Positions 28,493 to 37,546 of a stretch of DNA of 64,000 nt are shown here, piece after piece. The notes beneath the pieces are model-generated. The model saw only the letters and a list, made by a program, of their open reading frames with translations, made no database searches and was not told where the DNA came from. The position numbers and the translations under genes are program-made. The stretch comes from a virus. Position 1 is the first letter of the stretch; the number at the start of each line of letters is the position of its first letter. The DNA is taken from the IMG/VR virus record IMGVR_UViG_3300045391_000362. One strand, given 5' to 3'.

Positions 28493-29053
28493 ATGACAGA
28501 CACGTTTGATCCATATAAGGACAAGTCAGTACACAAGACTGGTTTGCTTATTTGTTGGCCATGTAAGAAGATCGAAGAAATTCCGGATTATGACCCGGAT
28601 AACGCAGACAATGATCCGCGTATTGGTCATATCATAGAAATTCACCTCCGTCGTCACCCATCATTTGAAGACCGCAACATTCTTGAGTGGATGTCTCTTG
28701 GCTTTGTTCCTACTCGTCATTTCAAGGACCCTCAGTATAAGAAGCAGATCATTGATCAGATTCTAGAGGGTAATGGAAAGACCGGTTTTGATGACGAGTT
28801 CTATGACACCACCAATACCTTTAAGGAAGATGCCCTGGCTTGCTACCAGAGACACAATCGTCCGGCATTCAAGTCAAACACATCTCCTAAGTGCAACGAC
28901 TATCTAAATCACAACATGGAAATCAAGCCTAATACCTCTCGTGAGCGTAAGATTGCTGGACTTCCTACGTACGATGAGACTAAGATCAAGAAGAGCTTTA
29001 TTTGCGAATACTGCCCGTATCACCAATCCGTTAAGCTGGAGCTACGAAAGTAA
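28493..29053 (+). CDS. hypothetical protein
   Basis: 186-aa ORF; CWPC...CEYC cysteine pairs. Confidence 0.55.
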   Translation: MTDTFDPYKDKSVHKTGLLICWPCKKIEEIPDYDPDNADNDPRIGHIIEIHLRRHPSFEDRNILEWMSLGFVPTRHFKDPQYKKQIIDQILEGNGKTGFDDEFYDTTNTFKEDALACYQRHNRPAFKSNTSPKCNDYLNHNMEIKPNTSRERKIAGLPTYDETKIKKSFICEYCPYHQSVKLELRK

Positions 29054-29229
29054 TGGCGTATGAGTTCACGGAAATTGATGATAAGGTTCTCGATTTCATG
29101 CGAGATAACTTTATTGCAATTGCTACTCAAGTCCTAGCTGATAAAGGTAAATCTACCTATTATTGGGCAGGGCTTAAACTGGAAATAACTGAAGGTAAAC
29201 CAAATTGGAGTACAACGGATGACAATTGA
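29053..29229 (+). CDS. hypothetical small protein
   Basis: 58-aa ORF below the cutoff, TAATG coupling. Confidence 0.4.
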   Translation: MAYEFTEIDDKVLDFMRDNFIAIATQVLADKGKSTYYWAGLKLEITEGKPNWSTTDDN

Positions 29230-29575
29230 CCTAGAAGAGCTACAGAAGAAGCAGGCCGCCGAATTACTTGCTGATAAGGATTCTGGAGCTGAAGAGGTTA
29301 CTACAGCTTTTCTTATTGTCCAGGACAGCAATGGTCAGTGGGCTGCTTATGCTGATTTCGCGGACAAGGATCTCTCTATGGAGAGAACAGCTACCATGGA
29401 TGACATTGTTGGTGGTTGCGCCAATGTTCAAATGGGATGTCAGGTTCAGCAGTCTGCTATGTCCACAATCATTATGATGGAGCAGCGAGCTGCACAGATG
29501 CAGTTCCAAATGCAGCAACAGCAAGAGGCTTCACGAGTAGCCTCCCTAATTGATCCAAGTAAGTTGAGAGTGTGA
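29219..29575 (+). CDS. hypothetical protein
   Basis: 118-aa ORF, Gln/Met-rich C-terminus. Confidence 0.5.
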   Translation: MTIDLEELQKKQAAELLADKDSGAEEVTTAFLIVQDSNGQWAAYADFADKDLSMERTATMDDIVGGCANVQMGCQVQQSAMSTIIMMEQRAAQMQFQMQQQQEASRVASLIDPSKLRV

Positions 29576-29579
29576 TTAT

Positions 29580-30512
29580 ATGACAATGTCCGGACCACAG
29601 AAGTACCCTGGTGCCGTATTAGACGAGTGGTACCACAATAATTATCCTGGAGACAAGCAGGAAGTAAACTGTATTGTTCTCCACACTACTGAGGGACCTA
29701 CCCTTACTGATTACAACAGTGGTGCTGTTGCTCCTAACTTTACTGCTGTCCCTGATTTCAAGAACGAAAAGCTAGTATGGCATCAGCACTATGACTTTGA
29801 CGAGTCTTCACGTGCGCTTGTTCATGCTTCTGGACAGCCAGCAACGAACACCAATAACGTATGTCAGATTGAGTTGGTAGGAACTTGTGATCCTGCTACT
29901 CACAACAAGTGGGGAACAAAGACTCCACACATTTACTGGCCTGAGGCTCCTGATTGGGCTTTGAAGGAACTTGCTAAGTTCCTTGCTTGGGCTAATGAGA
30001 ACCATAACGTTCCTCTTTCTGGAGTTCCTAATTGGGAAGCATATCCAGCTTCTTATGGAACTAACAACGGTGTCCGTATGACTCAGGCACAGTGGGCTGT
30101 ATTCCGTGGAATTTGTGGACATGAGCATGTACCTGAGAATTACCACGGTGATCCTGGAGCGCTACCATTTGCAAGACTGCTAGCATTTGCCAAGCTGATT
30201 GTGAATCCGCCTACTCCTACCCCACCCACACCACCTAAGCCAAAGCCTCCTGTGTACACTCCTCCAGCCTTCCCAGCAGGGTTGGCACCAGGGAAGAGCA
30301 ACCCTTCCGCACAGCCTCTACAGAAGGCCCTGAAGGCTACAGGATGGATGGCTAAGAACGTCACTCTGTCCAACAACTATGGACCTAAGACACAGTCCGC
30401 TGTGGCTGGATTCAACGAGAAGCACGGTCTTAATGACCCTGGTGTAAAGTCTGATCCTGCTATCGGTCCTAAGGGTTGGAAGCTGTTGTTCACACTGGCT
30501 TACGGCTCTTAA
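29580..30512 (+). CDS. N-acetylmuramoyl-L-alanine amidase (Amidase_2/PGRP type) with PG-binding domain
   Basis: NCIVLHTTEG and HEHVPENYHGDPG zinc-amidase motifs; Pro-rich linker; C-terminal LQKALKATGW...YGPKTQSAVAGF PG_binding_1-like repeat. Confidence 0.75.
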   Translation: MTMSGPQKYPGAVLDEWYHNNYPGDKQEVNCIVLHTTEGPTLTDYNSGAVAPNFTAVPDFKNEKLVWHQHYDFDESSRALVHASGQPATNTNNVCQIELVGTCDPATHNKWGTKTPHIYWPEAPDWALKELAKFLAWANENHNVPLSGVPNWEAYPASYGTNNGVRMTQAQWAVFRGICGHEHVPENYHGDPGALPFARLLAFAKLIVNPPTPTPPTPPKPKPPVYTPPAFPAGLAPGKSNPSAQPLQKALKATGWMAKNVTLSNNYGPKTQSAVAGFNEKHGLNDPGVKSDPAIGPKGWKLLFTLAYGS

Positions 30513-30524
30513 CTACAAGACTAA

Positions 30525-30564
30525 AGGGAATCTCTCCGATACACTTGGAGGGATTCCCTTTTTC
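30525..30564 (+). terminator. intrinsic terminator
   Basis: 13-bp stem AGGGAATCTCTCC/GGAGGGATTCCCT followed by TTTTT. Confidence 0.8.
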
Positions 30565-30588
30565 TTATTTCTACGGTAGGATTGACGC

Positions 30589-31431
30589 ATGAACGATATA
30601 CGCATTGAACTAGGGGCCAGTAGTTATTTCAGTCGCCCCTCCAACATACTTGATCCAAATCTATTCGAAGGTGAGCACCTAAGACCCGATGTCAGAGAAA
30701 CTATCCTCCGTATTTACATGGATTACATGGCTTCTCATTACAACAATCCTAGCCAGTGGTCTATGGTTTGGTTGGCAGGCAGTGGAATTAGTTTCCAGTG
30801 GGCGGCAAATCGTGGTAATGGTGATCTGGATGTACTGTTCGGGATTGACTACTCCCGATTCGTCTCAGACAATCCAGAATTCATGTACTCCGACCGACAC
30901 GAAATAGCGGAATACATTACTACAGACCTACGCCGGAACCTCTGGCCAATTACAGCGCATACTTACTTTGGCTTAGGAGAATACGAGCTGACATTCTTCC
31001 TTAATGACAATGTGGAAGGTACTGATAACTCTATTGTCAATATTCATCCGTATGCTGCCTACAATCTGACAAAGAATCAGTGGACCATTAAGCCACCAAG
31101 ACTATCTGAACAGCCTGGAGAGGCTTATCCAGCAGATTACTACACTCAGGCAGAGGCTAACAAGCAGTCTGCTGAGGCTCTAGTGGAGCGCTATAATGCC
31201 ATTCGCAGAGAAGGTGCAACTTTGAGACCTGGGAGTCCACAGGATGTTAATAATGCTAGACATAAAGCTTTGGTACGAACAGAGGCGCAAAATCTCTTTG
31301 ACTCGCTCCATTTGGGTAGAAAGATGGCTTTTTCGAACCAGGGAGAAGGATATGGAGATTTCTATAACTTCCAATGGCAGCACGCAAAGCAGCATGGAGT
31401 AGTAAACGCACTTAATGAGATAATTAACTAG
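30589..31431 (+). CDS. putative nucleotidyltransferase-fold protein
   Basis: LAGSGISFQWAANRGNGDLDVLFG fits the Pol-beta-like G[SG]-x9-13-DxD pattern; otherwise unrecognised. Confidence 0.4.
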   Translation: MNDIRIELGASSYFSRPSNILDPNLFEGEHLRPDVRETILRIYMDYMASHYNNPSQWSMVWLAGSGISFQWAANRGNGDLDVLFGIDYSRFVSDNPEFMYSDRHEIAEYITTDLRRNLWPITAHTYFGLGEYELTFFLNDNVEGTDNSIVNIHPYAAYNLTKNQWTIKPPRLSEQPGEAYPADYYTQAEANKQSAEALVERYNAIRREGATLRPGSPQDVNNARHKALVRTEAQNLFDSLHLGRKMAFSNQGEGYGDFYNFQWQHAKQHGVVNALNEIIN

Positions 31432-31440
31432 GAGAATTAA

Positions 31441-31938
31441 ATGGGTGAATCATGGGGAAATCACGTAGCTATAGTTGTTAATGGCATCCTAAGACAGCCA
31501 AACGACTCATCTGTCATCATTCCAGGACTACTGATTTACAAGTCTCTGGTCAAGGATCACAGGGTTTCTCTCATTATTGATAGTGCAGCTAAGGAAAAGG
31601 TTCAGTATTGGCTGCTTATGAATTCTCTTATTGATCACGTAAACGAGATCTATTGGGATGAGACTGATCCTGAAGATGTGAGCAAGAGACGACTACGTCA
31701 AATTGCTCGCTTGAGAAAGCAGGGACCACTAGGACTTGTTTACGAATCTGACACCGAGGCGGCAACAGCATTGCTGAGAGCACAAATTCCTACGATGCTT
31801 TTCCTACATCCTCAGTACACACACCCTGATTTCCGTCCTGGACATTCCACCGAACCAACCCCTTGGAATAATTTGCTGGAAGAGAAGATACGACAGCAAG
31901 AGGCCAGAGCGACAGATACACGACTTCTAGACTTCTAA
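31441..31938 (+). CDS. hypothetical protein
   Basis: 165-aa ORF with GGAGAA RBS. Confidence 0.55.
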   Translation: MGESWGNHVAIVVNGILRQPNDSSVIIPGLLIYKSLVKDHRVSLIIDSAAKEKVQYWLLMNSLIDHVNEIYWDETDPEDVSKRRLRQIARLRKQGPLGLVYESDTEAATALLRAQIPTMLFLHPQYTHPDFRPGHSTEPTPWNNLLEEKIRQQEARATDTRLLDF

Positions 31939-31947
31939 GGAAATACT

Positions 31948-32946
31948 ATGGCAGCAAATATTCCAGATTTAGGAGCTGTAGCCCATTTGGGTGGACAGTT
32001 CCATCACAATGTCTTTGCTCATGCTCAGAAGAGCTTGAATACTAAGAGCAAGCAATATGCTGCTGCGCATGAAACTCAGGTAAAGCAGACTGCTGCTAAC
32101 CGTCAGAGATTTGCTCAGAGCGCGGCTCAAGGAATCAAGCAAGGGCAGGCAGCATACGCTAAGAACGTGAAGACACAACAGACAGCCGCTAAGAAGGCTG
32201 CTGCGGCTCACGCACAGGGTGTGAAGTCTGGTAGAGTGGCCCCAGCACAGGGCGCACCACCACGTACCTTCGCTATGGGAACAACCTCAGCACAGAAGGC
32301 ACAGGCTAAGGCCACTGCGGCAAGTGCAAAGACTATGCAGCAACAGCGTAACTTTGCTCATGGTCAGGCTTTGAATTATCAGGCAGCACAATTCAGAGTT
32401 CAGCAGCAGCAAAGAAACAATGCACACGGACAGGCTATTCAGCATCAGAAGCAATTGGATAAGCAAGCAGCTAAGGGAGGTCCAGTGAATACCGCAGCAG
32501 CGCCTAAGGCTCCTTCTCTGACACCAGCATTCTCTAATCCGACTGCTACCCATACTCCTGTCAGAGCCCAGGGAATTGCAGCTACTACGTTCTCATCTCA
32601 GCTAGCACCACAGAGACCTACCGCAAGCCCTCAGGGGTCTGCTGTAGCCTCTTTCAGCCATGGGACCACTCCTAGTACGCCTGCTGCTCCCGCAGCGCGC
32701 TCAGGCAGCGTCACAGGGCCTCAGTTCCCTCAGCACGTCCATCCCGAAGGTTCCTCCACTGCTCCACTTCCCAACCTGACAGCACGTCAACCTAAGCCGA
32801 ATACATTCACTACCGGTTCACGTAATGCGCAGCCTGGTGGAATTGCTGCGAGAGGTTCACAACTAGAGGCTTGGGCTATTGGAAGACAACAGCAGATTCG
32901 TCAACAAAGAGGATCTAACAATACGCAATTGAGATTGGGAGACTAA
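31948..32946 (+). CDS. Gln/Ala-rich low-complexity protein
   Basis: 332-aa ORF dominated by Q, A, K repeats (AQKAQAKATAASAK, QQQRN x2) and an S/T/P-rich C-terminal half. Confidence 0.55.
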   Translation: MAANIPDLGAVAHLGGQFHHNVFAHAQKSLNTKSKQYAAAHETQVKQTAANRQRFAQSAAQGIKQGQAAYAKNVKTQQTAAKKAAAAHAQGVKSGRVAPAQGAPPRTFAMGTTSAQKAQAKATAASAKTMQQQRNFAHGQALNYQAAQFRVQQQQRNNAHGQAIQHQKQLDKQAAKGGPVNTAAAPKAPSLTPAFSNPTATHTPVRAQGIAATTFSSQLAPQRPTASPQGSAVASFSHGTTPSTPAAPAARSGSVTGPQFPQHVHPEGSSTAPLPNLTARQPKPNTFTTGSRNAQPGGIAARGSQLEAWAIGRQQQIRQQRGSNNTQLRLGD

Positions 32947-32963
32947 TCATTAAGCTATATTTT

Positions 32964-32997
32964 CATGAACCTAGGTATTTATTTGCCTAGGTTCATG
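32964..32997 (+). terminator. stem-loop (terminator-like)
   Basis: 12-bp perfect stem CATGAACCTAGG/CCTAGGTTCATG. Confidence 0.5.
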
Positions 32998-33010
32998 GTA
33001 TTATATAGAC

Positions 33011-33523
33011 ATGAAAACTAAAACCTGTGCGTCATGTAAGCATGACCAACCAATAGCTATGTTCGCGCGCAAGGAATACACAACCAAAAAGGGTTATGTC
33101 AATTCCTATGTGCTTCGTGTCTGCGATATGTGCCGAGATTCGGATCATTATGGGGAGAAATATTGCTCTAAGTGTGGAGGATTAAAGCCATTAGACCAGT
33201 ATTTCCAGCGTAAGGATGCCCCTAACCAGAAATATCAGGCAGCGTGTAAGAGCTGTGTCAGTGTCTACGGCAAAGAATACCGAGCTAAGAAACTATACGG
33301 CATCACTTATGACGAAATTCAGAGTATCAAGGCAGAGCAGGAAGACTCCTGTACCATCTGCGGAGAGATTACACAACTCGTGGTAGACCATAACCACACT
33401 ACTGGACAAGTTAGAGCTTTGCTGTGTGATCTATGTAATAGAGGTTTGGGGTATTTTAGAGACAATCCTGAACTCCTTATGAGAGCTAGTAACTATTTGC
33501 TAGAGAAAGGCTACGCAGGGTGA
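33011..33523 (+). CDS. Endonuclease VII-type (HNH-like) nuclease
   Basis: VVDHNHTTGQVRALLCDLCNRGLGYF matches the recombination endonuclease VII motif; Cys-rich N-terminus. Confidence 0.75.
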   Translation: MKTKTCASCKHDQPIAMFARKEYTTKKGYVNSYVLRVCDMCRDSDHYGEKYCSKCGGLKPLDQYFQRKDAPNQKYQAACKSCVSVYGKEYRAKKLYGITYDEIQSIKAEQEDSCTICGEITQLVVDHNHTTGQVRALLCDLCNRGLGYFRDNPELLMRASNYLLEKGYAG

Positions 33524-35016
33524 AACTCTACTTCCAAGGAGCACATCTGCCCACCTATCGGAACCTTATTAAGGAAACCGGGGTGGGCAGTAGCTCCCTG
33601 TCCTATTTAGGACTACGTAATCGTACTAACTTTGGTAAACCGTGGTTGGTGTCCAAGTATTTCCCAGAGGGACATTCCCTTTTTGTGGATTCAGGATGTC
33701 AGACCTTGAATAACGCCAAAGAGCAGAAGTACACAAATGAAGAATTAAAGGAAATAGCGCAGCATTACTATTCATGGATAGAACAGAACATCGATAACAT
33801 CGAGATCTATTCAGAGTTCGATGCTCTGCAATTGGGCAAGTCATTTATTGAAAGCCATCGTGAATCTGCACGAGAGCTGATGTTCGACAAGTTCCTGCCT
33901 ATTTGGAGAGAAGATGACGGACTAGATGAGCTTTACCGTTTAGGGGAGAAGTTCGGCCGTGTGGGAGTCTCACAGACCCATCTAAAGGGCAGAGATCTTA
34001 TCCCTACGCTCAACCGAATGGCTGATGCTGGAATAGAACTCCATGGTTTGGCTATGACAAAGCAAGATATAATGCAAGCGGTTAGATGGACATCGGTCTC
34101 ATCAACCTCTTGGGTTTCTCCTCAGAAATACGGAGCCACATTCGTCTGGTCCCACAACCAATTGAAGAGCTATTCCAAGGAACAGAAGGAACAGGCCAGA
34201 CGAAAGGAAAGATTCGTCATAGAGGCTGCCGGATTCGACGTAGAAAAGATACTAGGAGAAGATCCTAAGGAACTTCTACGTCTTTCATTGTGGTCCTGGT
34301 CACAATTTGTTGACTCAATTAATGATAAAAAAGCAAGAGGAGTAACTACATCCATGATTTCGCATGGTGACGACTTTACGGAAAACTATGATGACGCAGT
34401 TGGTGGTGTTATAGAGCCAGTGCGGAACAGAGTATCAACTCCGGTGCCGAGAGATCCGGACCGAAAAGTTGTAATACCGCTCATAAATCTAGAGGAGAAT
34501 CTAGAAAAGAGACGTAATGCCCGGACTGGTGAATTGGAGACTATTTCTTCACCTAAGCTGAAGAGTCGCAGCGATTCTATGCGTCTTTGTGATACTTGTT
34601 TTCTAGCTGCAAAATGCCCCATGTTTGAAGAAAACTCAACTTGCGCGTATGATATCCCCATCACTATCCGCACCAAGGAACAAGCGCAGGCACTTATGGA
34701 TACCATTGTGGAGATTCAGACGCAACGTGTTCTATTCATGAAAATGGCTGAGGATGCGGAAGGTGGCCACGCTGATCCTATTCTTTCCAACGAATTGGAT
34801 CGCCTGGTAAAGATGATGAAGACCAAGAGTGACATGGAACAGGAGGGCTTTAGCCTTACTGTTACTGCTAAGCAGAACGGTCAGCCTGGAATCGTTGAAT
34901 CTATCTTCGGACCCATGGGTGACATGAGTAGATTACGAGAACTTGAGGCTCCTCAAGATCCTCAAAATATTGCAAGCCAATTAGGCATAATTGATGCCGA
35001 AGTATACGAAAACTAG
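33520..35016 (+). CDS. hypothetical protein (weak TGT/DpdA-like features)
   Basis: 498 aa, GTG start; LFVDSGCQ, HGLAMT and SVSSTSW loosely recall transglycosylase TIM-barrel motifs; C-terminal CDTC-x5-C-x9-C; no Walker A, so not a terminase. Confidence 0.6.
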   Translation: MKLYFQGAHLPTYRNLIKETGVGSSSLSYLGLRNRTNFGKPWLVSKYFPEGHSLFVDSGCQTLNNAKEQKYTNEELKEIAQHYYSWIEQNIDNIEIYSEFDALQLGKSFIESHRESARELMFDKFLPIWREDDGLDELYRLGEKFGRVGVSQTHLKGRDLIPTLNRMADAGIELHGLAMTKQDIMQAVRWTSVSSTSWVSPQKYGATFVWSHNQLKSYSKEQKEQARRKERFVIEAAGFDVEKILGEDPKELLRLSLWSWSQFVDSINDKKARGVTTSMISHGDDFTENYDDAVGGVIEPVRNRVSTPVPRDPDRKVVIPLINLEENLEKRRNARTGELETISSPKLKSRSDSMRLCDTCFLAAKCPMFEENSTCAYDIPITIRTKEQAQALMDTIVEIQTQRVLFMKMAEDAEGGHADPILSNELDRLVKMMKTKSDMEQEGFSLTVTAKQNGQPGIVESIFGPMGDMSRLRELEAPQDPQNIASQLGIIDAEVYEN

Positions 35017-35037
35017 TAAAGGAACAATAGTAACTAC

Positions 35038-35211
35038 ATGACTCAGCAAATTGAGGAATATGACACGGACGAGTTCTTTGAGGACGAGTCAGAATTCCTG
35101 GAAGATTATGAGTTTGAGGACTTCAAGCCTTGTCCAGCTTGCTTTGGTACGGGATTGGACAGAGAACTAGATGCAGATTGCCTAGACTGTTGGGGAGATG
35201 GCGTTGTCTAA
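35038..35211 (+). CDS. mini DnaJ-type zinc-finger protein
   Basis: 57 aa: acidic N-terminus then two CxxCxGxG motifs (CPACFGTG, CLDCWGDG). Confidence 0.4.
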   Translation: MTQQIEEYDTDEFFEDESEFLEDYEFEDFKPCPACFGTGLDRELDADCLDCWGDGVV

Positions 35212-35467
35212 CGAACAAGTATTTGATGAGATGGTTGATAATCTATTAGCAGGAGAAGGACTGGTTGCTGAGTTTGATTCAGGGCTGACCCTTTCCGCCT
35301 ATGACATCGATCGTATAGGGATAACTCTTGATGAACCAGGTCACACTATTGATATCGTAATTACAGGGGAAGAGCTTGATTATCTCCACCTGTTCCTGGA
35401 AGCACTTCATGCAGCACGACAGAACGTAGAAAACGTTAATTGGGATGAACTTCTTACCGGAAATTAA
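35198..35467 (+). CDS. hypothetical acidic protein
   Basis: 89-aa ORF, last gene of the plus-strand block. Confidence 0.5.
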   Translation: MALSNEQVFDEMVDNLLAGEGLVAEFDSGLTLSAYDIDRIGITLDEPGHTIDIVITGEELDYLHLFLEALHAARQNVENVNWDELLTGN

Positions 35468-35483
35468 CCAATAATCAAAACAG

Positions 35484-35523
35484 AAAACCCCTTAGAAATC
35501 TAACCGGAAATCTAAGGGGTTTT
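35484..35523. terminator. bidirectional intrinsic terminator
   Basis: 13-bp stem AAAACCCCTTAGA/TCTAAGGGGTTTT with A-run and T-run flanks, between convergent genes. Confidence 0.8.
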
Positions 35524-35528
35524 CTTAT

Positions 35529-35768
35529 TTATTCGTCGTCTTTCCACACCCACATATATTCAGGATTGCGGGACCAAGCAGGCTCAGGCTCATACCAAGG
35601 CTTGGGCTTAACGACTTCTTTGATCTTATCGAGATCGCAGAGAATATCCCTAATCAAATCCTGCTGCAATGGGGCGAAGTAGCTCAGATAAGTCTCAAAG
35701 CTCATGTTCGGTCGCATCTCGTTCATCGTCACGATAACTGACGACACATACTCAATGTCATAGCCCAT
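35529..35768 (-). CDS. hypothetical protein
   Basis: 79-aa minus-strand ORF, convergent with the left block. Confidence 0.55.
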   Translation of the reverse strand: MGYDIEYVSSVIVTMNEMRPNMSFETYLSYFAPLQQDLIRDILCDLDKIKEVVKPKPWYEPEPAWSRNPEYMWVWKDDE

Positions 35769-35803
35769 GATGATATGTCTCCCTTTTCATGGTATTAGGC
35801 ATA

Positions 35804-35833
35804 AATCGGACATAGCGCCAAATATCCGACATT
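35804..35833 (+). repeat. two copies of the C(G/C)GACAT motif (AAATCGGACATA, ATATCCGACATT)
   Basis: Same 11-12-mers recur at 51706-51717 and 51416-51426 on the other side of the island. Confidence 0.6.
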
Positions 35834-36159
35834 TATTTTCGGGCACCCCTGGTACGAATCCATAGGCTGCCGAGTGGCCCGACAGGTGGCCCTTAGAGCG
35901 CAAGCGCTCCGTTCATGACTACATTCAATCACGCCTCACGGTGCCTGTCAAGCGCTCCCGCTCCCCTTTCTTGCGAGTCTCTGTGTGCCCGTGTGGCGCG
36001 TTGTTGGGAGAACCCTAGCACGTGTCCCCCATCCTCCCCTGTACGTGCGTGAGAGAGGCACACAGACACGCTCTGACGTGCGGAGTTGACATCCCCCGCC
36101 ATCGGAGTAATGTTCTCCCTGTCACCGCAACACAGCGGCAGACGAGAGGAGCGGCAGAA

Positions 36160-36561
36160 ATGCCCGGTTGGAATGAGTGCAGCATCTATGATGACAAGTG
36201 CCGGAACAAGACTTGTGATCACGTCACCAACAAGTCTCGCCCGGTTGTCACGATGGATGAGCGGATTATGGACATCGTGACGGATAGGGGAATCCCCTTC
36301 CGCGTAGTGTACGGTCACAGGAAGTACCGGAACGGTGAGCTTTCCAAGTCTCCCGTAGTCGCTTTCTATGACCGTAGGTACGACTTTGACACACACGGTC
36401 AATTCGTGGCAGATTACGGCCGTGAGACGCTGCTAGAGCGTCACGCCAAGGGTTGGGGACTTGACCTTGACGGGGGAGTTCCTAACTGGACGGTAGACGC
36501 TTCCGCCATGTACGTTGTGATGACGTGGCTTAACCACATGGCCTACGCCGAAACGCGCTAG
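36160..36561 (+). CDS. hypothetical protein
   Basis: ATG at 36160 after GAGAGGAG; GC3-rich 133-aa ORF. Confidence 0.5.
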   Translation: MPGWNECSIYDDKCRNKTCDHVTNKSRPVVTMDERIMDIVTDRGIPFRVVYGHRKYRNGELSKSPVVAFYDRRYDFDTHGQFVADYGRETLLERHAKGWGLDLDGGVPNWTVDASAMYVVMTWLNHMAYAETR

Positions 36562-36654
36562 CCTCCACTATCGTCTAGGGACTTGACAAGCCCTAGTCGG
36601 TAGGGTTCACTAGAGCCAACAACGACACGCACCACCCAACGAAGGGTTAAGAAA

Positions 36655-36894
36655 ATGGCTATCCTCACGATCACGGAGTCTTGCCCGGTTCACGTTGCGC
36701 ACGGCGGTAACATTCCGCTGAACTGCTTCGATGAGGCTACGGGCGCGGTTCTGTCCATCCTGACGGATGCTGCGCCGGTTGAGGACATCGTGAGCCTCAC
36801 CCGTACGTGGATTGACCAGGAGGGGAACGACACTGCCGCTCTGGAGTTCATGAGCTATGACGGATCGGAGATTTTCGTCACTTTCTCCGCGTAG
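36655..36894 (+). CDS. hypothetical protein
   Basis: 79-aa GC3-rich ORF. Confidence 0.5.
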   Translation: MAILTITESCPVHVAHGGNIPLNCFDEATGAVLSILTDAAPVEDIVSLTRTWIDQEGNDTAALEFMSYDGSEIFVTFSA

Positions 36895-36909
36895 TGGGAT
36901 TTAGGGCTC

Positions 36910-36927
36910 TTCCCCCGAAAGGGGGAA
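36910..36927 (+). promoter_or_regulatory. GAAA-tetraloop hairpin, copy 1 of a repeated leader element
   Basis: TTCCCCC-GAAA-GGGGGAA, followed about 50 nt later by AAAGG-N7-ATG. Confidence 0.5.
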
Positions 36928-36977
36928 AGGCTCTATGTCTTCCTAATCGGAATAGGAAGCTAGCGAAAGGCCATGAA

Positions 36978-37529
36978 ATGGCTATTGGTGAGTCGTTCAA
37001 CTACCTTGAGCTTTCTTTCTGTGCCACCGTTGGCACTGAGGGAATCGACCGGCGGGTTATCTTCCGTGATGTCGAGTTTGACGACACTCACGACGCTACG
37101 CAGGTTGACAACATCATCAAGGGAATGGAGCGTGCAGGGTGGGAGATTCACACTGCCCTGATCAACACGGACAATGACTCTCAGTACATCGACAATAAGG
37201 ACGCTGCTACGGTGTCCGCTGTCTTTGATGCGCTGTTCGAGTCTCCGGAGGATGCCGGTAAGATCATCGCTTACGGTGAGCTTTTCGGATGGATGGAAAG
37301 CAATTTCGAGCGCAACCGTTACGGCCGGAAGTATGAGGATGGCTTTTACGGTGTGTACGACAATGCGGAAGAGTTCGCGCAAGAGTTCGTAGAGAATGAC
37401 GAAGAGTTTTCGGGCATTCTGAATTCCCCGTATGTTTCGATTGACTGGGAACTCACTGCGGACAATCTGATGAACGATTTCGCAACGCATGAGTACGGTT
37501 ATGAGTTGTACGTGTTCGCCAACCACTAA
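36978..37529 (+). CDS. ArdA-like antirestriction protein (C-terminal domain only recognisable)
   Basis: Very acidic; YGVYDNAEEFAQEFVEN...YVSIDWELTADNLMNDF...YVF resembles the ArdA C-terminal YIDYExxARDL region. Confidence 0.4.
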   Translation: MAIGESFNYLELSFCATVGTEGIDRRVIFRDVEFDDTHDATQVDNIIKGMERAGWEIHTALINTDNDSQYIDNKDAATVSAVFDALFESPEDAGKIIAYGELFGWMESNFERNRYGRKYEDGFYGVYDNAEEFAQEFVENDEEFSGILNSPYVSIDWELTADNLMNDFATHEYGYELYVFANH

Positions 37530-37546
37530 TTACCCGCTTTAATCAT

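Noticed and set aside
33520-35016. Calling the 498-aa ORF the large terminase subunit, because of its size and its position at the end of the block
   Set aside because: It has no Walker A/B ATPase motifs and no nuclease DxD pattern, and no portal or capsid genes follow it.
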